DNA from: Phycisphaeraceae bacterium
GTDB lineage: Bacteria > Planctomycetota > Phycisphaerae > Phycisphaerales > Phycisphaeraceae
Direction of reading: 5' to 3'
Assembly: GCA_963674705.1 (NCBI GenBank)
Contig: OY771506.1
Span: forward strand, 672,001 to 736,000
DNA length: 64,000 bases
The notes under the pieces are model-generated. The model had not been told where the DNA came from and did no database searches. It worked only from the letters and a program-made list of their open reading frames with translations. Shown here in pieces: positions 39,238-49,192 of the stretch. Made by a program: the position numbers and the translations under genes. Position 1 is the stretch's first letter. Every line of letters begins with the position of its first letter.

Positions 39238-40539
39238 ATGGTTAGCAGCACATCAACGCAATTGGCGTTTGGGTTCTCCGCTCGAGCACGCAATGCCGTG
39301 GACCAGCCGATCAGCTACCTCATGGAGGTGGCACTGGCCCGACCGGACCTGATCTCGCTCGCCGCGGGGTTCGTCGACTACCAGACGCTGCCCGGCGTCG
39401 AGGCAGACAAGATGCTGCACGCTATCCTCAGCGATCCCAAGGCCGCGCAGGCCGCTCTCCAATACGGCAAGACCCAGGGCATCAACGAGCTGCGTGAAGA
39501 AGCCTACAAGCACCTCGCCGAGTGTGACGGCATCGCCCCGGAAGAGTTCCCCGGCAACCCGGACTGCGTCGCACTGACCACCGGCAGCCAACAGATGCTG
39601 CACATGCTCGCCGACCTGCTCGTCGACCCCGGCGACATCGTCATCACATGCTGGCCCAGCTACTTCGTCTACACCGGCGCGCTGTCCGTCTTCGGCGCAA
39701 AGGTCCGCAGCGTCGACCTCGACCAGAACGGGATGATCCCCGAAAGCCTCGAAGCCGTACTCACCGACATCCAGAAATCGGGCGAGCTGCACCGCGTGAA
39801 GATGGTTTACACCTGCACGCACCACCAGAATCCGACCGGCATCACACTCAGCGCCGAGCGCCGGCCTCAACTGCTCGACATCGTCAAGAAGTTCTCCACC
39901 GAAAACCGCATCCTCCTGCTCGAAGACAACGCCTACCGCGAACTGACCTACGAAGGCGACCCGCCCGTCTCGATCAAGAGCTTCGATACGGATAACGAAT
40001 ACGTTGCGTTATTGCACACGTATAGCAAGCCGTTCGCGCCCGGTCTGAAGACAGGCTACGGCCTGCTGCCCGCCGACCTTTGCGAAAAGGCCATGATGCT
40101 CAAGGACGGCCGTGACTTCGGCTCCGCGAACCTCAGCCAGCACTTATTATTGCGGGCCGTGCGCAGCGGCGCGTTCGACAAGCAGGTCAAGATCCTCTGC
40201 GAAGCCTACGCCCAAAAACGCGACGCCATGCTCGAAGCGCTCGACGAATACCTTGGCGACTTCATGCCCGAACAGACCAGTTGGACCAAACCGACCGGCG
40301 GGCTCTACGTCTGGCTCACCCTGCCCGAATCCATCGACACCGGCAGGCACGGCCCACTGTTCGCACGCGCCATCGAACGCGGCATGTTCTACGTCCCCGG
40401 CGCTTACTGCTACCCCGCCGACCCCACACGCAAAGTCCCCAACAACCAGATCCGCCTCAGCTTCGGCGTCCCCACCGTCGAACAAAACCGCGAAGGCATC
40501 AGGTTGCTGGCGCTCGCGATTAAGGATGTAGCCAAGTAA
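39238..40539 (+). CDS. PLP-dependent aminotransferase class I/II (2-aminoadipate transaminase/MocR-like)
   Basis: LISLAAGF, ALQYG, TTGSQQ, QNPTG, EDNAYREL, YSKPFAPGLKTG, PTGGLYVW. Confidence 0.92.
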   Translation: MVSSTSTQLAFGFSARARNAVDQPISYLMEVALARPDLISLAAGFVDYQTLPGVEADKMLHAILSDPKAAQAALQYGKTQGINELREEAYKHLAECDGIAPEEFPGNPDCVALTTGSQQMLHMLADLLVDPGDIVITCWPSYFVYTGALSVFGAKVRSVDLDQNGMIPESLEAVLTDIQKSGELHRVKMVYTCTHHQNPTGITLSAERRPQLLDIVKKFSTENRILLLEDNAYRELTYEGDPPVSIKSFDTDNEYVALLHTYSKPFAPGLKTGYGLLPADLCEKAMMLKDGRDFGSANLSQHLLLRAVRSGAFDKQVKILCEAYAQKRDAMLEALDEYLGDFMPEQTSWTKPTGGLYVWLTLPESIDTGRHGPLFARAIERGMFYVPGAYCYPADPTRKVPNNQIRLSFGVPTVEQNREGIRLLALAIKDVAK

Positions 40540-40542
40540 GAA

Positions 40543-40617
40543 TCGCTGATTGCTAATTGTTAATCGTTAATGTGAAAAAACAATAAATCAGCGATTAACG
40601 ATTAGCGATTAGCAATC
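40543..40617. repeat. Degenerate heptamer tandem repeats in inverted arrangement
   Basis: TCGCTGA TTGCTAA TTGTTAA TCGTTAA ... TCAGCGA TTAACGA TTAGCGA TTAGCAA. Confidence 0.75.
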
Positions 40618-40664
40618 AAGTTATCTGTAACCCAACCAAACTAACACCCCCGCGCCCCTTCCCT

Positions 40665-41366
40665 ATGTCCCTCTCCCTCTCACACGGCAAAACGCTTAAC
40701 GTCGATCGCTTCGGCATCGCGCAGGAAGACCTGCCATCCATGGACGAAGGCAAGATCGATCTGCGCACCTGGTTTAAAGACGCGGACGGTAATCTTCCGG
40801 ACACTAATAGGCCGTTGGAACTGGAGATCGGCTCGGGTAAAGGCACGTTCCTTGTCCAGCACGCGAAGCTGTACCCGAACGTCGACTACCTCGGCATCGA
40901 ATGGGCCAAGGCGTTCTGGAAGTTCGCCGCGGACCGCGCTCGACGCCATGGCCTGGATAACGTGCGCCTGCTCCGCTGCGATGCAGACATGTTCGTCAAG
41001 CACTACGTGCCCGACCAGACGTTCAGGCAGGTGCACATCTACTTCCCCGACCCCTGGCCGAAGAAACGCCATCACAAACGCCGCCTGATCCAGGAAGGTT
41101 TCCTGCGCGAACTGCACCGCGTGCTGATCCCCGCGAACCAGGAAGTGGCCAGCGAAACCGCTTGCGTGCGTATCGCCACCGACCATGGCGATTACTTCGA
41201 GTGGATGGGCGAACACGCCGCGAAAGTGACGGACCTTTTCGACCGCGAACCCTTTGAACGCCCCGCCTCGGCCGGCGAAGGCGAACTGGTCGGCACGAAC
41301 TTCGAACGCAAGTACCGAGAAGAGGGCCGCGTCTTCCAAGGCATGATCCTGCGCAAGCGGCCGTGA
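40665..41366 (+). CDS. trmB: tRNA (guanine-N7)-methyltransferase
   Basis: LEIGSGKG, YLGIE, YFPDPWPKKRHHKRRL, ATD, TNFERKY. Confidence 0.96.
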   Translation: MSLSLSHGKTLNVDRFGIAQEDLPSMDEGKIDLRTWFKDADGNLPDTNRPLELEIGSGKGTFLVQHAKLYPNVDYLGIEWAKAFWKFAADRARRHGLDNVRLLRCDADMFVKHYVPDQTFRQVHIYFPDPWPKKRHHKRRLIQEGFLRELHRVLIPANQEVASETACVRIATDHGDYFEWMGEHAAKVTDLFDREPFERPASAGEGELVGTNFERKYREEGRVFQGMILRKRP

Positions 41367-41452
41367 CCGACGGGCCTTGTTCAGTTATAGTGAAGATAGA
41401 TAAGCTCGGACGGCACGATTGACCGCCCTTCTCGTGATACGGAGATCTACCC

Positions 41453-41950
41453 ATGCGATCCATACTGACTGCTTCAGCATCCATACTCATCGCCGCCAGC
41501 CTGCTGGTTGCCCCCGGCTGCGAAACCGCGCCCGAAGAAATGCCCTACCAGACCATGGACCTGGCAGAGCCTGTGCCCATGACTTACAAAGCGATCGGCG
41601 GACACCCGGCCCTTTCCGAGCCCGGCGTGCAACTGATCAGCTCGCAAGCACAGCTCGATGCACTCGGTGTCAACGACCTGCTCGGTCGAACGATCAACTT
41701 CAACAACGACGAAGTCATCCTCGCTACCCTCGGCGAAATGCCCACCGCCGGCTACTGGATCAACATCACCGCCGTCAACCAGGAAGGCGACCTCCTCCAG
41801 GTCTACGGCCAAGCCAACCGCCCCACCGAAGACATGGCCGTCGGCCAAATGATCACCTACCCCTACTGCGCCGTCGTCATCCCCAAAACCGGCGCTACAC
41901 AAGTCCGCGACCAGATCGAATCCGTCGAAGGCATGGAACCACCGATGTAA
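41453..41950 (+). CDS. Lipoprotein with PrcB C-terminal-like domain
   Basis: Lipobox-like APGC; LGEMPTAGYWINI...QMITYPYCAVVIP. Confidence 0.78.
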   Translation: MRSILTASASILIAASLLVAPGCETAPEEMPYQTMDLAEPVPMTYKAIGGHPALSEPGVQLISSQAQLDALGVNDLLGRTINFNNDEVILATLGEMPTAGYWINITAVNQEGDLLQVYGQANRPTEDMAVGQMITYPYCAVVIPKTGATQVRDQIESVEGMEPPM

Positions 41951-41990
41951 GCCACATCGCGCACTTCGACATCGACCAACCCTATAAACC

Positions 41991-42026
41991 AAAAGCCCGG
42001 TCATAGCCTGCAAGGCTTTGGCCGGG
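41991..42026 (+). repeat. 36-bp direct repeat copy A (hairpin, terminator-like)
   Basis: AAAAGCCCGGTCATAGCCTGCAAGGCTTTGGCCGGG identical to 43638-43673. Confidence 0.92.
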
Positions 42027-42062
42027 TTGTTTTACTTTCACACACCCCAAACAAACTTCGAC

Positions 42063-43517
42063 CTACTCACCCCCCGCTTCATCGCGCCGATACGAATTAA
42101 TCAACGCCGCGATCTCCCTCTGTTTACTTTCCAGCGCTCGGTCGCCCGGTGTGAATCCGATCGCGTCCGGCGCTGCCGGGTCGGCGCCGGCTTCCAGCAG
42201 GATCTTTACGCATTCTTCTTCATAACATATGACCGCTAAATGCAGGGCCGTGAATCCCGGACTGTACTGTTGGTCCGCACCTGCTTTGGCTTCCATGTCA
42301 AAACCGTAGTCGATCAGGAACCGGACGATGTCGGGCCGACCTTTTTCAACCGCCTTATGAAGTAGCGTCCCGGTCGCCGGGTAATCGCACCACGTCTTGC
42401 AGTCGCCTGTCGCATCCAGCTTCTGCCGAAGTTCTTCCCATTCACCGGAGTCGGCGAGCGGCGTGATGACGTGTTCCCACCAGAGATCGGTAATCGTGTA
42501 GCCAAAGACATCTTTATACTCAAACGATTCGCCGGGCCGGTGCCCCTGACCGTCTTTTGCATAAAGATCGCCGCCCGCTTCCAGCAACGGCGGCATCATC
42601 TTGTAGTGCAGGTATTCTCTTGCCAGCCAGTGAACGGGTGTTCTGCCATGCTTATCTTTCTGATGCACATCCGCCCCCGCGTCGATCAGCATCGTCACGA
42701 GCGTCGGGTCGGTCGAGCTGATGTAGCCGAGATAATGAAGCGCCGCTAGGCCATCCTTATCGGTGGCGTTCGGGTCGGCGCCGTGCTTTAGCAGGAATTG
42801 CACCGTGGCGTGCGGCGGCTTGCTCTGCCGAAGCGCCAGCTCAAGGAGCGTCTCGTCACTCATGCCCCCCTTGCCCAGGTTGGGATCGGCGCCGAGCGCG
42901 ACAAGCCGCTGCATCAGCGGGAGGTTATTCCTTACGACCGCATAGCCAAGCATTGTTTGACCCTGCATCGTCTCATCGACGGCATTGATATCGATCGGCT
43001 CCTGCATGATCCGGTCAAACACCGCATTAGGTCCGCCAACAAAAAGAGCGAGCATCGCCGGCGGGCATGCTTGATTGTAGATCGGATACCGCCCCCTGCC
43101 CCAATCAATCGCCAATAGCGGGTCGACCGTCAGCAGGTAATCGACCTCCGCCAGGTTCCCCTGCATGATCGCTTGCACAAACTGTGTCGGCCTGGTCGCT
43201 ATCTGGTTGTAAAGCCGATCAAACCCCCACAATCCCGCCCACGCACACGCCACCAACACCACGGCCGTCACCAGCATGGGCTTGTGCCGGGCGCGGTGAC
43301 CCACCTTCGCGTTAAAGATGTCGTTGTACTTGCCGCATTCAGGACAATCCAGCGGCAACTCCAGACCGTTTAGGTCATACCCGCATTGCCGACACAGCCG
43401 GTGCCGATCCAGATACTTCGCTCGCCCCCCCTTTTTCCAAAGATACAGCGCCACCGGTATCAGCAACAGCGCCACCCACCAGCCAACATGCCACAGATAG
43501 ATGTAGTTATGCGTCAT
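42063..43517 (-). CDS. Membrane-anchored ankyrin-repeat protein with zinc ribbon
   Basis: TM - CRQCGYDL..CPECG - TM, then multiple GADPN / TALHLA ankyrin repeats. Confidence 0.9.
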   Translation of the reverse strand: MTHNYIYLWHVGWWVALLLIPVALYLWKKGGRAKYLDRHRLCRQCGYDLNGLELPLDCPECGKYNDIFNAKVGHRARHKPMLVTAVVLVACAWAGLWGFDRLYNQIATRPTQFVQAIMQGNLAEVDYLLTVDPLLAIDWGRGRYPIYNQACPPAMLALFVGGPNAVFDRIMQEPIDINAVDETMQGQTMLGYAVVRNNLPLMQRLVALGADPNLGKGGMSDETLLELALRQSKPPHATVQFLLKHGADPNATDKDGLAALHYLGYISSTDPTLVTMLIDAGADVHQKDKHGRTPVHWLAREYLHYKMMPPLLEAGGDLYAKDGQGHRPGESFEYKDVFGYTITDLWWEHVITPLADSGEWEELRQKLDATGDCKTWCDYPATGTLLHKAVEKGRPDIVRFLIDYGFDMEAKAGADQQYSPGFTALHLAVICYEEECVKILLEAGADPAAPDAIGFTPGDRALESKQREIAALINSYRRDEAGGE

Positions 43518-43637
43518 CCAAACCCCACAACGAACCGGACCAGCCCCATCATATATAAGGACGTTGCCGATCAGACAACGATGACATGCTAACCTATGAA
43601 TCCCCGCAAAAATGCCGTTCGGCCCGAATACAAACAA

Positions 43638-43673
43638 AAAAGCCCGGTCATAGCCTGCAAGGCTTTGGCCGGG
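43638..43673 (+). repeat. 36-bp direct repeat copy B
   Basis: Identical to 41991-42026. Confidence 0.92.
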
Positions 43674-43783
43674 ATTCTTTTTCCCAGAACCAATGCCCCC
43701 AACTCAATCCCACCAGCCCCCGCTATTACCGGACCGCACCCGACTAACCGATCTAACCCTCATAAACAGCCGATGTACTTCGC

Positions 43784-45076
43784 ATGGAATTAAACGGCCT
43801 GACAACCGCGCGATCGACGCGGCGGGTGTTGATGTTAGCCCACCGCGTCCCCTTCCCGCCCGACCGGGGCGACCGCATCCGCGCCTATCACATGCTCAAA
43901 CTCCTATCGCGCCACTTCGAGGTCGGCCTCGCGTGCGTCAGCGATGAAGAAGTCAGCATCGAACAGCAGCGGGTCCTTAGCCAACTCGCCGGACGGCTCG
44001 CCATCCAGAAGACCAACCCCCTTGTCGGCAAGGCACGCGGCGTGTCGGGCCTCATGCGCGGCGAAGCCGTCACGCCCAACCTTTTCTACGATCCGAAACT
44101 CGCAAGGAAGATCATCAACTGGCACGCCAAGCGCCCGTTCGACGCGGTACTCACCTTCTGCACCGGCATGATCCGCTACGCACGCATGCTGACGCACCCC
44201 GCGCATCGCCCGCCGCAGTTCGCTCGCACGCGCCCGATCCATGTGCTCGACCTGGTCGACGTCGATTCACAGAAGTGGGCCGCCTACGCCAAGAACGCGC
44301 ACGGCCCGATGAAGTGGATCTACACCAAGGAAGCCGAACGCATCGCACGCATCGAATCAGGCATCGAAGACCGCTTCGACCGCATCAGCGTCATCAGCCA
44401 GCCCGAAGCAAACACCTATCGGCAATACCTCCGCGACCACCCGGGCCTCGCCGTCGTCGAGAACGGTGTCGACCTGAAGTATTTCGCGCCGCGCCCCGAT
44501 GTCAGCAGCGAAACAATCGTCTTCGTCGGCGTGCTCAACTACAAACCCAACATCGAAGCGGTGCAGTGGTTTGTCAAGAAAGTCCTACCGTACGTGCATC
44601 GCAAGCATCCAAACGCGGTGTTCAAAATCGTCGGCAAAAACCCGGGCCCGAAGGTCAAAGCGCTGCGTCACCACAAGGGCGTTGAAGTCGTCGGCACGGT
44701 TCCCGATGTCAGGCCATACCTCGAACAGGCCGCCGCCGTCGTCGCGCCGCTTAAGGTCGCGCGTGGCGTGCAGAATAAAGTCCTCGAAGCCATGGCCTGC
44801 CGGCGCGCCGTCGTCTGCTCACCCGAAGCCGCCAACGGCATCCGCGCTTTGCCCGGCCGCCATCTTTTGGTAGCGGATCACCCCAAGCTCTTCGCGCGTT
44901 ACGTGCGTGGTCTTATCCGTGACGATCACTACCGCCAGCAGGTCGCCGCCGCAGCACGGCGTTGCGTCGAGCGCCGTTACGCCTGGCCGCAGGCACTCGG
45001 CCCGATGATCGAATTACTCGGTGGTTCGCGCAGCGAATGGGGATCGGTCACGCCGCCGCTCGCGATTGCAGCGTAA
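43784..45076 (+). CDS. GT4 glycosyltransferase, PEP-CTERM/XrtA-system type
   Basis: AHRVPFPPDRGDRIR, DLVDVDSQKW, ARGVQNKVLEAMA. Confidence 0.88.
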   Translation: MELNGLTTARSTRRVLMLAHRVPFPPDRGDRIRAYHMLKLLSRHFEVGLACVSDEEVSIEQQRVLSQLAGRLAIQKTNPLVGKARGVSGLMRGEAVTPNLFYDPKLARKIINWHAKRPFDAVLTFCTGMIRYARMLTHPAHRPPQFARTRPIHVLDLVDVDSQKWAAYAKNAHGPMKWIYTKEAERIARIESGIEDRFDRISVISQPEANTYRQYLRDHPGLAVVENGVDLKYFAPRPDVSSETIVFVGVLNYKPNIEAVQWFVKKVLPYVHRKHPNAVFKIVGKNPGPKVKALRHHKGVEVVGTVPDVRPYLEQAAAVVAPLKVARGVQNKVLEAMACRRAVVCSPEAANGIRALPGRHLLVADHPKLFARYVRGLIRDDHYRQQVAAAARRCVERRYAWPQALGPMIELLGGSRSEWGSVTPPLAIAA

Positions 45077-46025
45077 AAACCCCTGCGTTTTCAGCTATAT
45101 CCTCAAACGTCTCAAGATGCTCGGCGATCGGCCGCCAGGTGCTTTGCGCCCCCGATTCATCAAACGCCTGGATCACATGCTCGAGCTTTTTCGCCGCGCT
45201 CTTAAGCCCCGTATACGTCCGCAGTCGACCCGTCGCGCTCAATGGCATCTTCGGCATACCGGGATCAAACTCCCAAGGATGGAAGTACAACACCGCCGGC
45301 CGCTTCTCAACAGCCGCCTGACGCAAACCGCGCTTCATCAATGACAACGGCAACAACCGGAAGTACCCGCCGCCCGCGACCGCAAGATTCTTCCCGCCCA
45401 CGCGCCACGTCAACGGCGGCAACTCAAGCAGCCGCTTACCCGTTGCACTCGAACGAATAAAGTATGGCCGATCCGGCGCATCCGGCACGCCGTAACTCGG
45501 ATGACTCACCGGGAATACCGAAGCATCGTAACGCAGCCCCGCCTCGGCCAGCACATCCACCGCCCAGCTCGTCTGCCTCGTCACCGACCACGTCGGCGCG
45601 CGATACCCAAGCACGGGCCTGCCCGTCTGATCTTCAAGCACCCGCTTGCTCTCACAGACATCGCACAACATCGACTCCGCCGTCAACCGGTGCAGCCGAT
45701 CGTGCATCGAACCATGCGAGCCCACCTCGTGCCCAAGCTGGACACACCTGCGCGCCAGCTTCGGATGCCGCTTCGCGATGCTGCCCAGAAAGAAGAACGT
45801 CGCCCGACACCCCGTGCGATCGAACAGATCAAACAGCAAATCCATGTTCCGCTCGACGCGCGAGGGCCAATCATCCCACCGCCCGGGCCCGACCGCATCG
45901 TACGCCGCCTCGATCTGAAAGTACTCCTCCACATCGATGCTGATGCAGCGGATCGGCGCAGCACTTGCCTGCCCGGCAGCCCCGCGCTCAAAAGCTTCAA
46001 ATAAGTTGCCTTGTTCTTGAGCCAT
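45048..46025 (-). CDS. Polysaccharide deacetylase, XrtA/PEP-CTERM-system type (DUF3473)
   Basis: SIDVEEYFQ, ATFFFLG, GHEVGSHG, GYRAPTWS, GGGYFRLLP, YFHPWEFDP. Confidence 0.9.
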   Translation of the reverse strand: MAQEQGNLFEAFERGAAGQASAAPIRCISIDVEEYFQIEAAYDAVGPGRWDDWPSRVERNMDLLFDLFDRTGCRATFFFLGSIAKRHPKLARRCVQLGHEVGSHGSMHDRLHRLTAESMLCDVCESKRVLEDQTGRPVLGYRAPTWSVTRQTSWAVDVLAEAGLRYDASVFPVSHPSYGVPDAPDRPYFIRSSATGKRLLELPPLTWRVGGKNLAVAGGGYFRLLPLSLMKRGLRQAAVEKRPAVLYFHPWEFDPGMPKMPLSATGRLRTYTGLKSAAKKLEHVIQAFDESGAQSTWRPIAEHLETFEDIAENAGVFTLQSRAAA

Positions 46026-46398
46026 ACCGATCCTGGCGGTTTTCACGAATCCCGCTACGAACATCGACCACCGCCGACCGATCGGTTGTGATTTTGGCCT
46101 TTAAAGCCATTTGAGGCCGGTAAAAAAAGGAAAACCGTTGACCAGCCGGCAGTTATTATGATATTATCAGCCTGGCTTGTGTGGTTCGGATCTAACCTGA
46201 TAAGGGAACCCCCAAGGGCCGATAATCGGATCCGCCACATCATCATTGTGCGACATGTAATTATCACCGGGATGGACCGTTGTGCATCTCAGCCCGGCTT
46301 GGCGGATTGAAATCAACAAACGCGTTTGCATACAAACAGGGCGGCCGCGCGTTTGATATCAGCCCATTTCGAAGATCATGTACATAAGGGCATGCATC

Positions 46399-47250
46399 AT
46401 GAACAAGCGAAGTAACAGCCTTCCGGGATTCACCCTCATCGAACTGCTCGTCGTCATCTCCATCATCGCGCTGCTCGTCGGCATCCTGCTCCCGGCCCTC
46501 GGCGCCGCACGCAAGAGCGCCCAACGCATCAAGTGCCTCAGCAACGCTCGACAGGTCGCTCTCGCCGAGGTGTCCTACAGCACCGACAACGGCGAGTTCA
46601 TCATCAACTACAAAAGCAACCTCAAGTCCCGGCCCGACGGCGACATCGCCAATGATGACAAGTGGTGGTGGTCCTCCAAGCTCGTGCTCGACGGCTACCT
46701 GCCCGGTATCGAGTCCTTCACCTGCCCAAGCTTTGAAATCTCCGGCGGTGAAGGCACGGCCAGACCCGTCACCGACTACTATGAAGCCGAAGTGGAATCT
46801 GCCTTAGGCCCAAGACTGTACTGGTGGGGCCGTGTGCACTACGGCGTCAACGTCTACTTCCTCAACACACGCATCGGCCACCCCCTCGAGTCCGACCCTG
46901 CGACCGAGCCCGAACGACGAAACCAGTCCGCACGTGAATCCGAGGTCCGAAACCCCTCCGCGACCAACATGCTCATGGACTCGATCTACGAACGCGACAT
47001 CCAGGAGAAGAACCGCTACTGGGGCATGGCCTACATCTTCCCGTCGTGGGACCCGCCTCACCTTCAGGTCGGCCACGCCGACGCTCGCCACCAGAACTCC
47101 ATCAACGTCGGATACGCCGACGGCCACGGCGAAAACGTACAGGTCTCCGATAAGGAAAACCCCTTCCACGAAGATGAGTTGACGGACATCCGCAACACCG
47201 GAGGCCGAACGTGGGGCGATCCCGACAATAACAAGTGGGACCTCAAGTAA
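46399..47250 (+). CDS. Prepilin-type N-terminal cleavage/methylation protein with H-X9-DG motif
   Basis: [40 protein letters not shown]. Confidence 0.92.
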   Translation: MNKRSNSLPGFTLIELLVVISIIALLVGILLPALGAARKSAQRIKCLSNARQVALAEVSYSTDNGEFIINYKSNLKSRPDGDIANDDKWWWSSKLVLDGYLPGIESFTCPSFEISGGEGTARPVTDYYEAEVESALGPRLYWWGRVHYGVNVYFLNTRIGHPLESDPATEPERRNQSARESEVRNPSATNMLMDSIYERDIQEKNRYWGMAYIFPSWDPPHLQVGHADARHQNSINVGYADGHGENVQVSDKENPFHEDELTDIRNTGGRTWGDPDNNKWDLK

Positions 47251-47274
47251 TCCAACACACTTGGATATCCCTGC

Positions 47275-47300
47275 AAACCGGCCCAACGGGTCGGTTTTTT
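47275..47300 (+). terminator. Rho-independent terminator
   Basis: AAACCGGCCC-AAC-GGGTCGGTTTTTT. Confidence 0.7.
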
Positions 47301-47355
47301 ACAGGCCCGCAAAGGCCGCCTTGCATACTCACCCAATCACAGGCATATTGTCCCC

Positions 47356-48594
47356 ATGCTTAACTACATCTGGGCCGGTCTGATCATCATCAGTGTCATC
47401 TTCGCCCTCTGGCAGGATGGCTCTGACTTCGTTAACCACCGATATCGCAACGGCGACGCCTTGAGCGTCGAGATACAAGGGCTGCCCCCGGACTATGAAG
47501 CGCAGGACTCGCTTAAAAATGTCGAGGTAACGGTCCAAATCGATCCCGATGAATACCTGGCGTTCTTCGACCCCATCGGGCAGATGGGATACGCCGACGA
47601 TTCACCTGAAGCAGCAAAACTCCGCAAACAGGTTGTGGACTTCTTCAATAAACCTCTGCCCGCGACCTTGAAAACCTCCGACAAGGGTCGGGAGTTGTAT
47701 ATCACTAAGCCTACATCCCTGCCGGTACCTTTAGATGCTATTTACGGCATCCACAAAAGCGATACCGATGATCTACCCGCGCTCATCACCTCATGGGATT
47801 CATTTGAAGTTACCAAGCCCGAAATTAAAGCCGACGAAACATCCCCGACAACCGAAGCATCGTCAGAACAACGCGAAGCGGTTGCCGAGGTAACGGCAGA
47901 GACCACCGAGTCAACCGAAGTATCTACCGAAGTGACAACCGAACCTGCCGAGGAGCTGGAGCCCGCATCTGCTACCGCAACCGCAACTGCATATATCACG
48001 TTCGGGCATACCGGCTTCGTCAAGATGCACACTATCGGTGAGGTCATGTTCAAGAAAGCCAAAGGCGCTGTTACGCTGGCACTCGAACTGATCGGTGTGA
48101 TTGCATTGTGGATGGGCATGATGAAGATCGCGGAAAACTCGGGCCTGATCGATATCTTTGTCAAGATCGTCCGGCCCGTGCTCAGCCCCCTGTTTCCGCA
48201 ACTGCCCAAGGACCACCCCGCGCTGGGTTTGATCGCGCTGAACCTCGCCGCCAACATGCTCGGGCTGGGTAACGCGGCCACACCGTTTGGGATAAAGGCC
48301 ATGGAGTCTCTGCAGGAGCTTAATCCCGAGAAAGACACCGCCACCAACAGCATGATCATGCTGTTGGCTATCAATACCGCTGGCGTCCAACTCATCCCGC
48401 CCGTCACTCTGATCGCTATCCTTGGCATCGCCGCCGGTGATGTGTTTGTACCCATCCTGATCGTAACCGGTCTATCCATGGTCATCGCGATCGTCACGAC
48501 GATACTGCTTAGCCGGATGAAAATGTTCAAAAAATCAGACCCCATGCGTAACGGCCCCGTGAAGCCTCAAACCGTTGAAGGAGGGGCCGCCTGA
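47356..48594 (+). CDS. spmA: Spore maturation protein A-like (nucleoside recognition gate) membrane protein with large extracytoplasmic insert
   Basis: MLNYIWAGLI; LWMGMMKIAE, ANMLGLGNAATPFGIKAMESLQELNP, INTAGVQLIP. Confidence 0.85.
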   Translation: MLNYIWAGLIIISVIFALWQDGSDFVNHRYRNGDALSVEIQGLPPDYEAQDSLKNVEVTVQIDPDEYLAFFDPIGQMGYADDSPEAAKLRKQVVDFFNKPLPATLKTSDKGRELYITKPTSLPVPLDAIYGIHKSDTDDLPALITSWDSFEVTKPEIKADETSPTTEASSEQREAVAEVTAETTESTEVSTEVTTEPAEELEPASATATATAYITFGHTGFVKMHTIGEVMFKKAKGAVTLALELIGVIALWMGMMKIAENSGLIDIFVKIVRPVLSPLFPQLPKDHPALGLIALNLAANMLGLGNAATPFGIKAMESLQELNPEKDTATNSMIMLLAINTAGVQLIPPVTLIAILGIAAGDVFVPILIVTGLSMVIAIVTTILLSRMKMFKKSDPMRNGPVKPQTVEGGAA

Positions 48595-49136
48595 TGGAAG
48601 TTTTCCAAACTTATTCCAGTTACTTTGCCACCATCATCATGCCGCTACTGGTCTGCCTCATCCCTTTGTACGGCATGATCAAGGGCGTGAAGGTTTATGA
48701 ATCATTCGTCGAAGGCGCCAAGGAAGGCTTCAAGATCGGCGTCATGATCATCCCCTACCTGGTCGCGATCTTCGTGGCGATCAATATGTTCAAAGAATCC
48801 GGCGCGATGGAGATGATGCAAAACGCGCTACGTCCCGTGCTCAGCTTTGTCGGCTTCCCGCCCGAACTTGTGCCTATGGCAATCATCCGACCGCTTACAG
48901 GCAGCGGTTCGTCCGCCGTCGTCGCCGACATGGCGCAACAGTACGGCACAGACTCTCCCCTCACGCGCATGGCAGGAACCATGTTCGGCTCAACCGAAAC
49001 AACCCTCTATGTCCTGGCGGTCTACTTTGGTGCAGTTAATGTGAAAAAGACACGCTTCGCCCTTGCCGCAGGCCTCATCGCCGACGCCGCCGCGATCTTT
49101 TTAAGTGTTTATGTGATCCGGCTGATGTTCGGTTGA
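48594..49136 (+). CDS. spmB: Spore maturation protein B-like membrane protein
   Basis: VYESFVEGAKEG, RPLTGSGS, GSTETTLYVLAVYFGAV. Confidence 0.88.
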   Translation: MEVFQTYSSYFATIIMPLLVCLIPLYGMIKGVKVYESFVEGAKEGFKIGVMIIPYLVAIFVAINMFKESGAMEMMQNALRPVLSFVGFPPELVPMAIIRPLTGSGSSAVVADMAQQYGTDSPLTRMAGTMFGSTETTLYVLAVYFGAVNVKKTRFALAAGLIADAAAIFLSVYVIRLMFG

Positions 49137-49192
49137 GCAAAGAATAATTACTTCACGCCACACGTTTCTTTTCCCTCGGATTGAGTACATTC

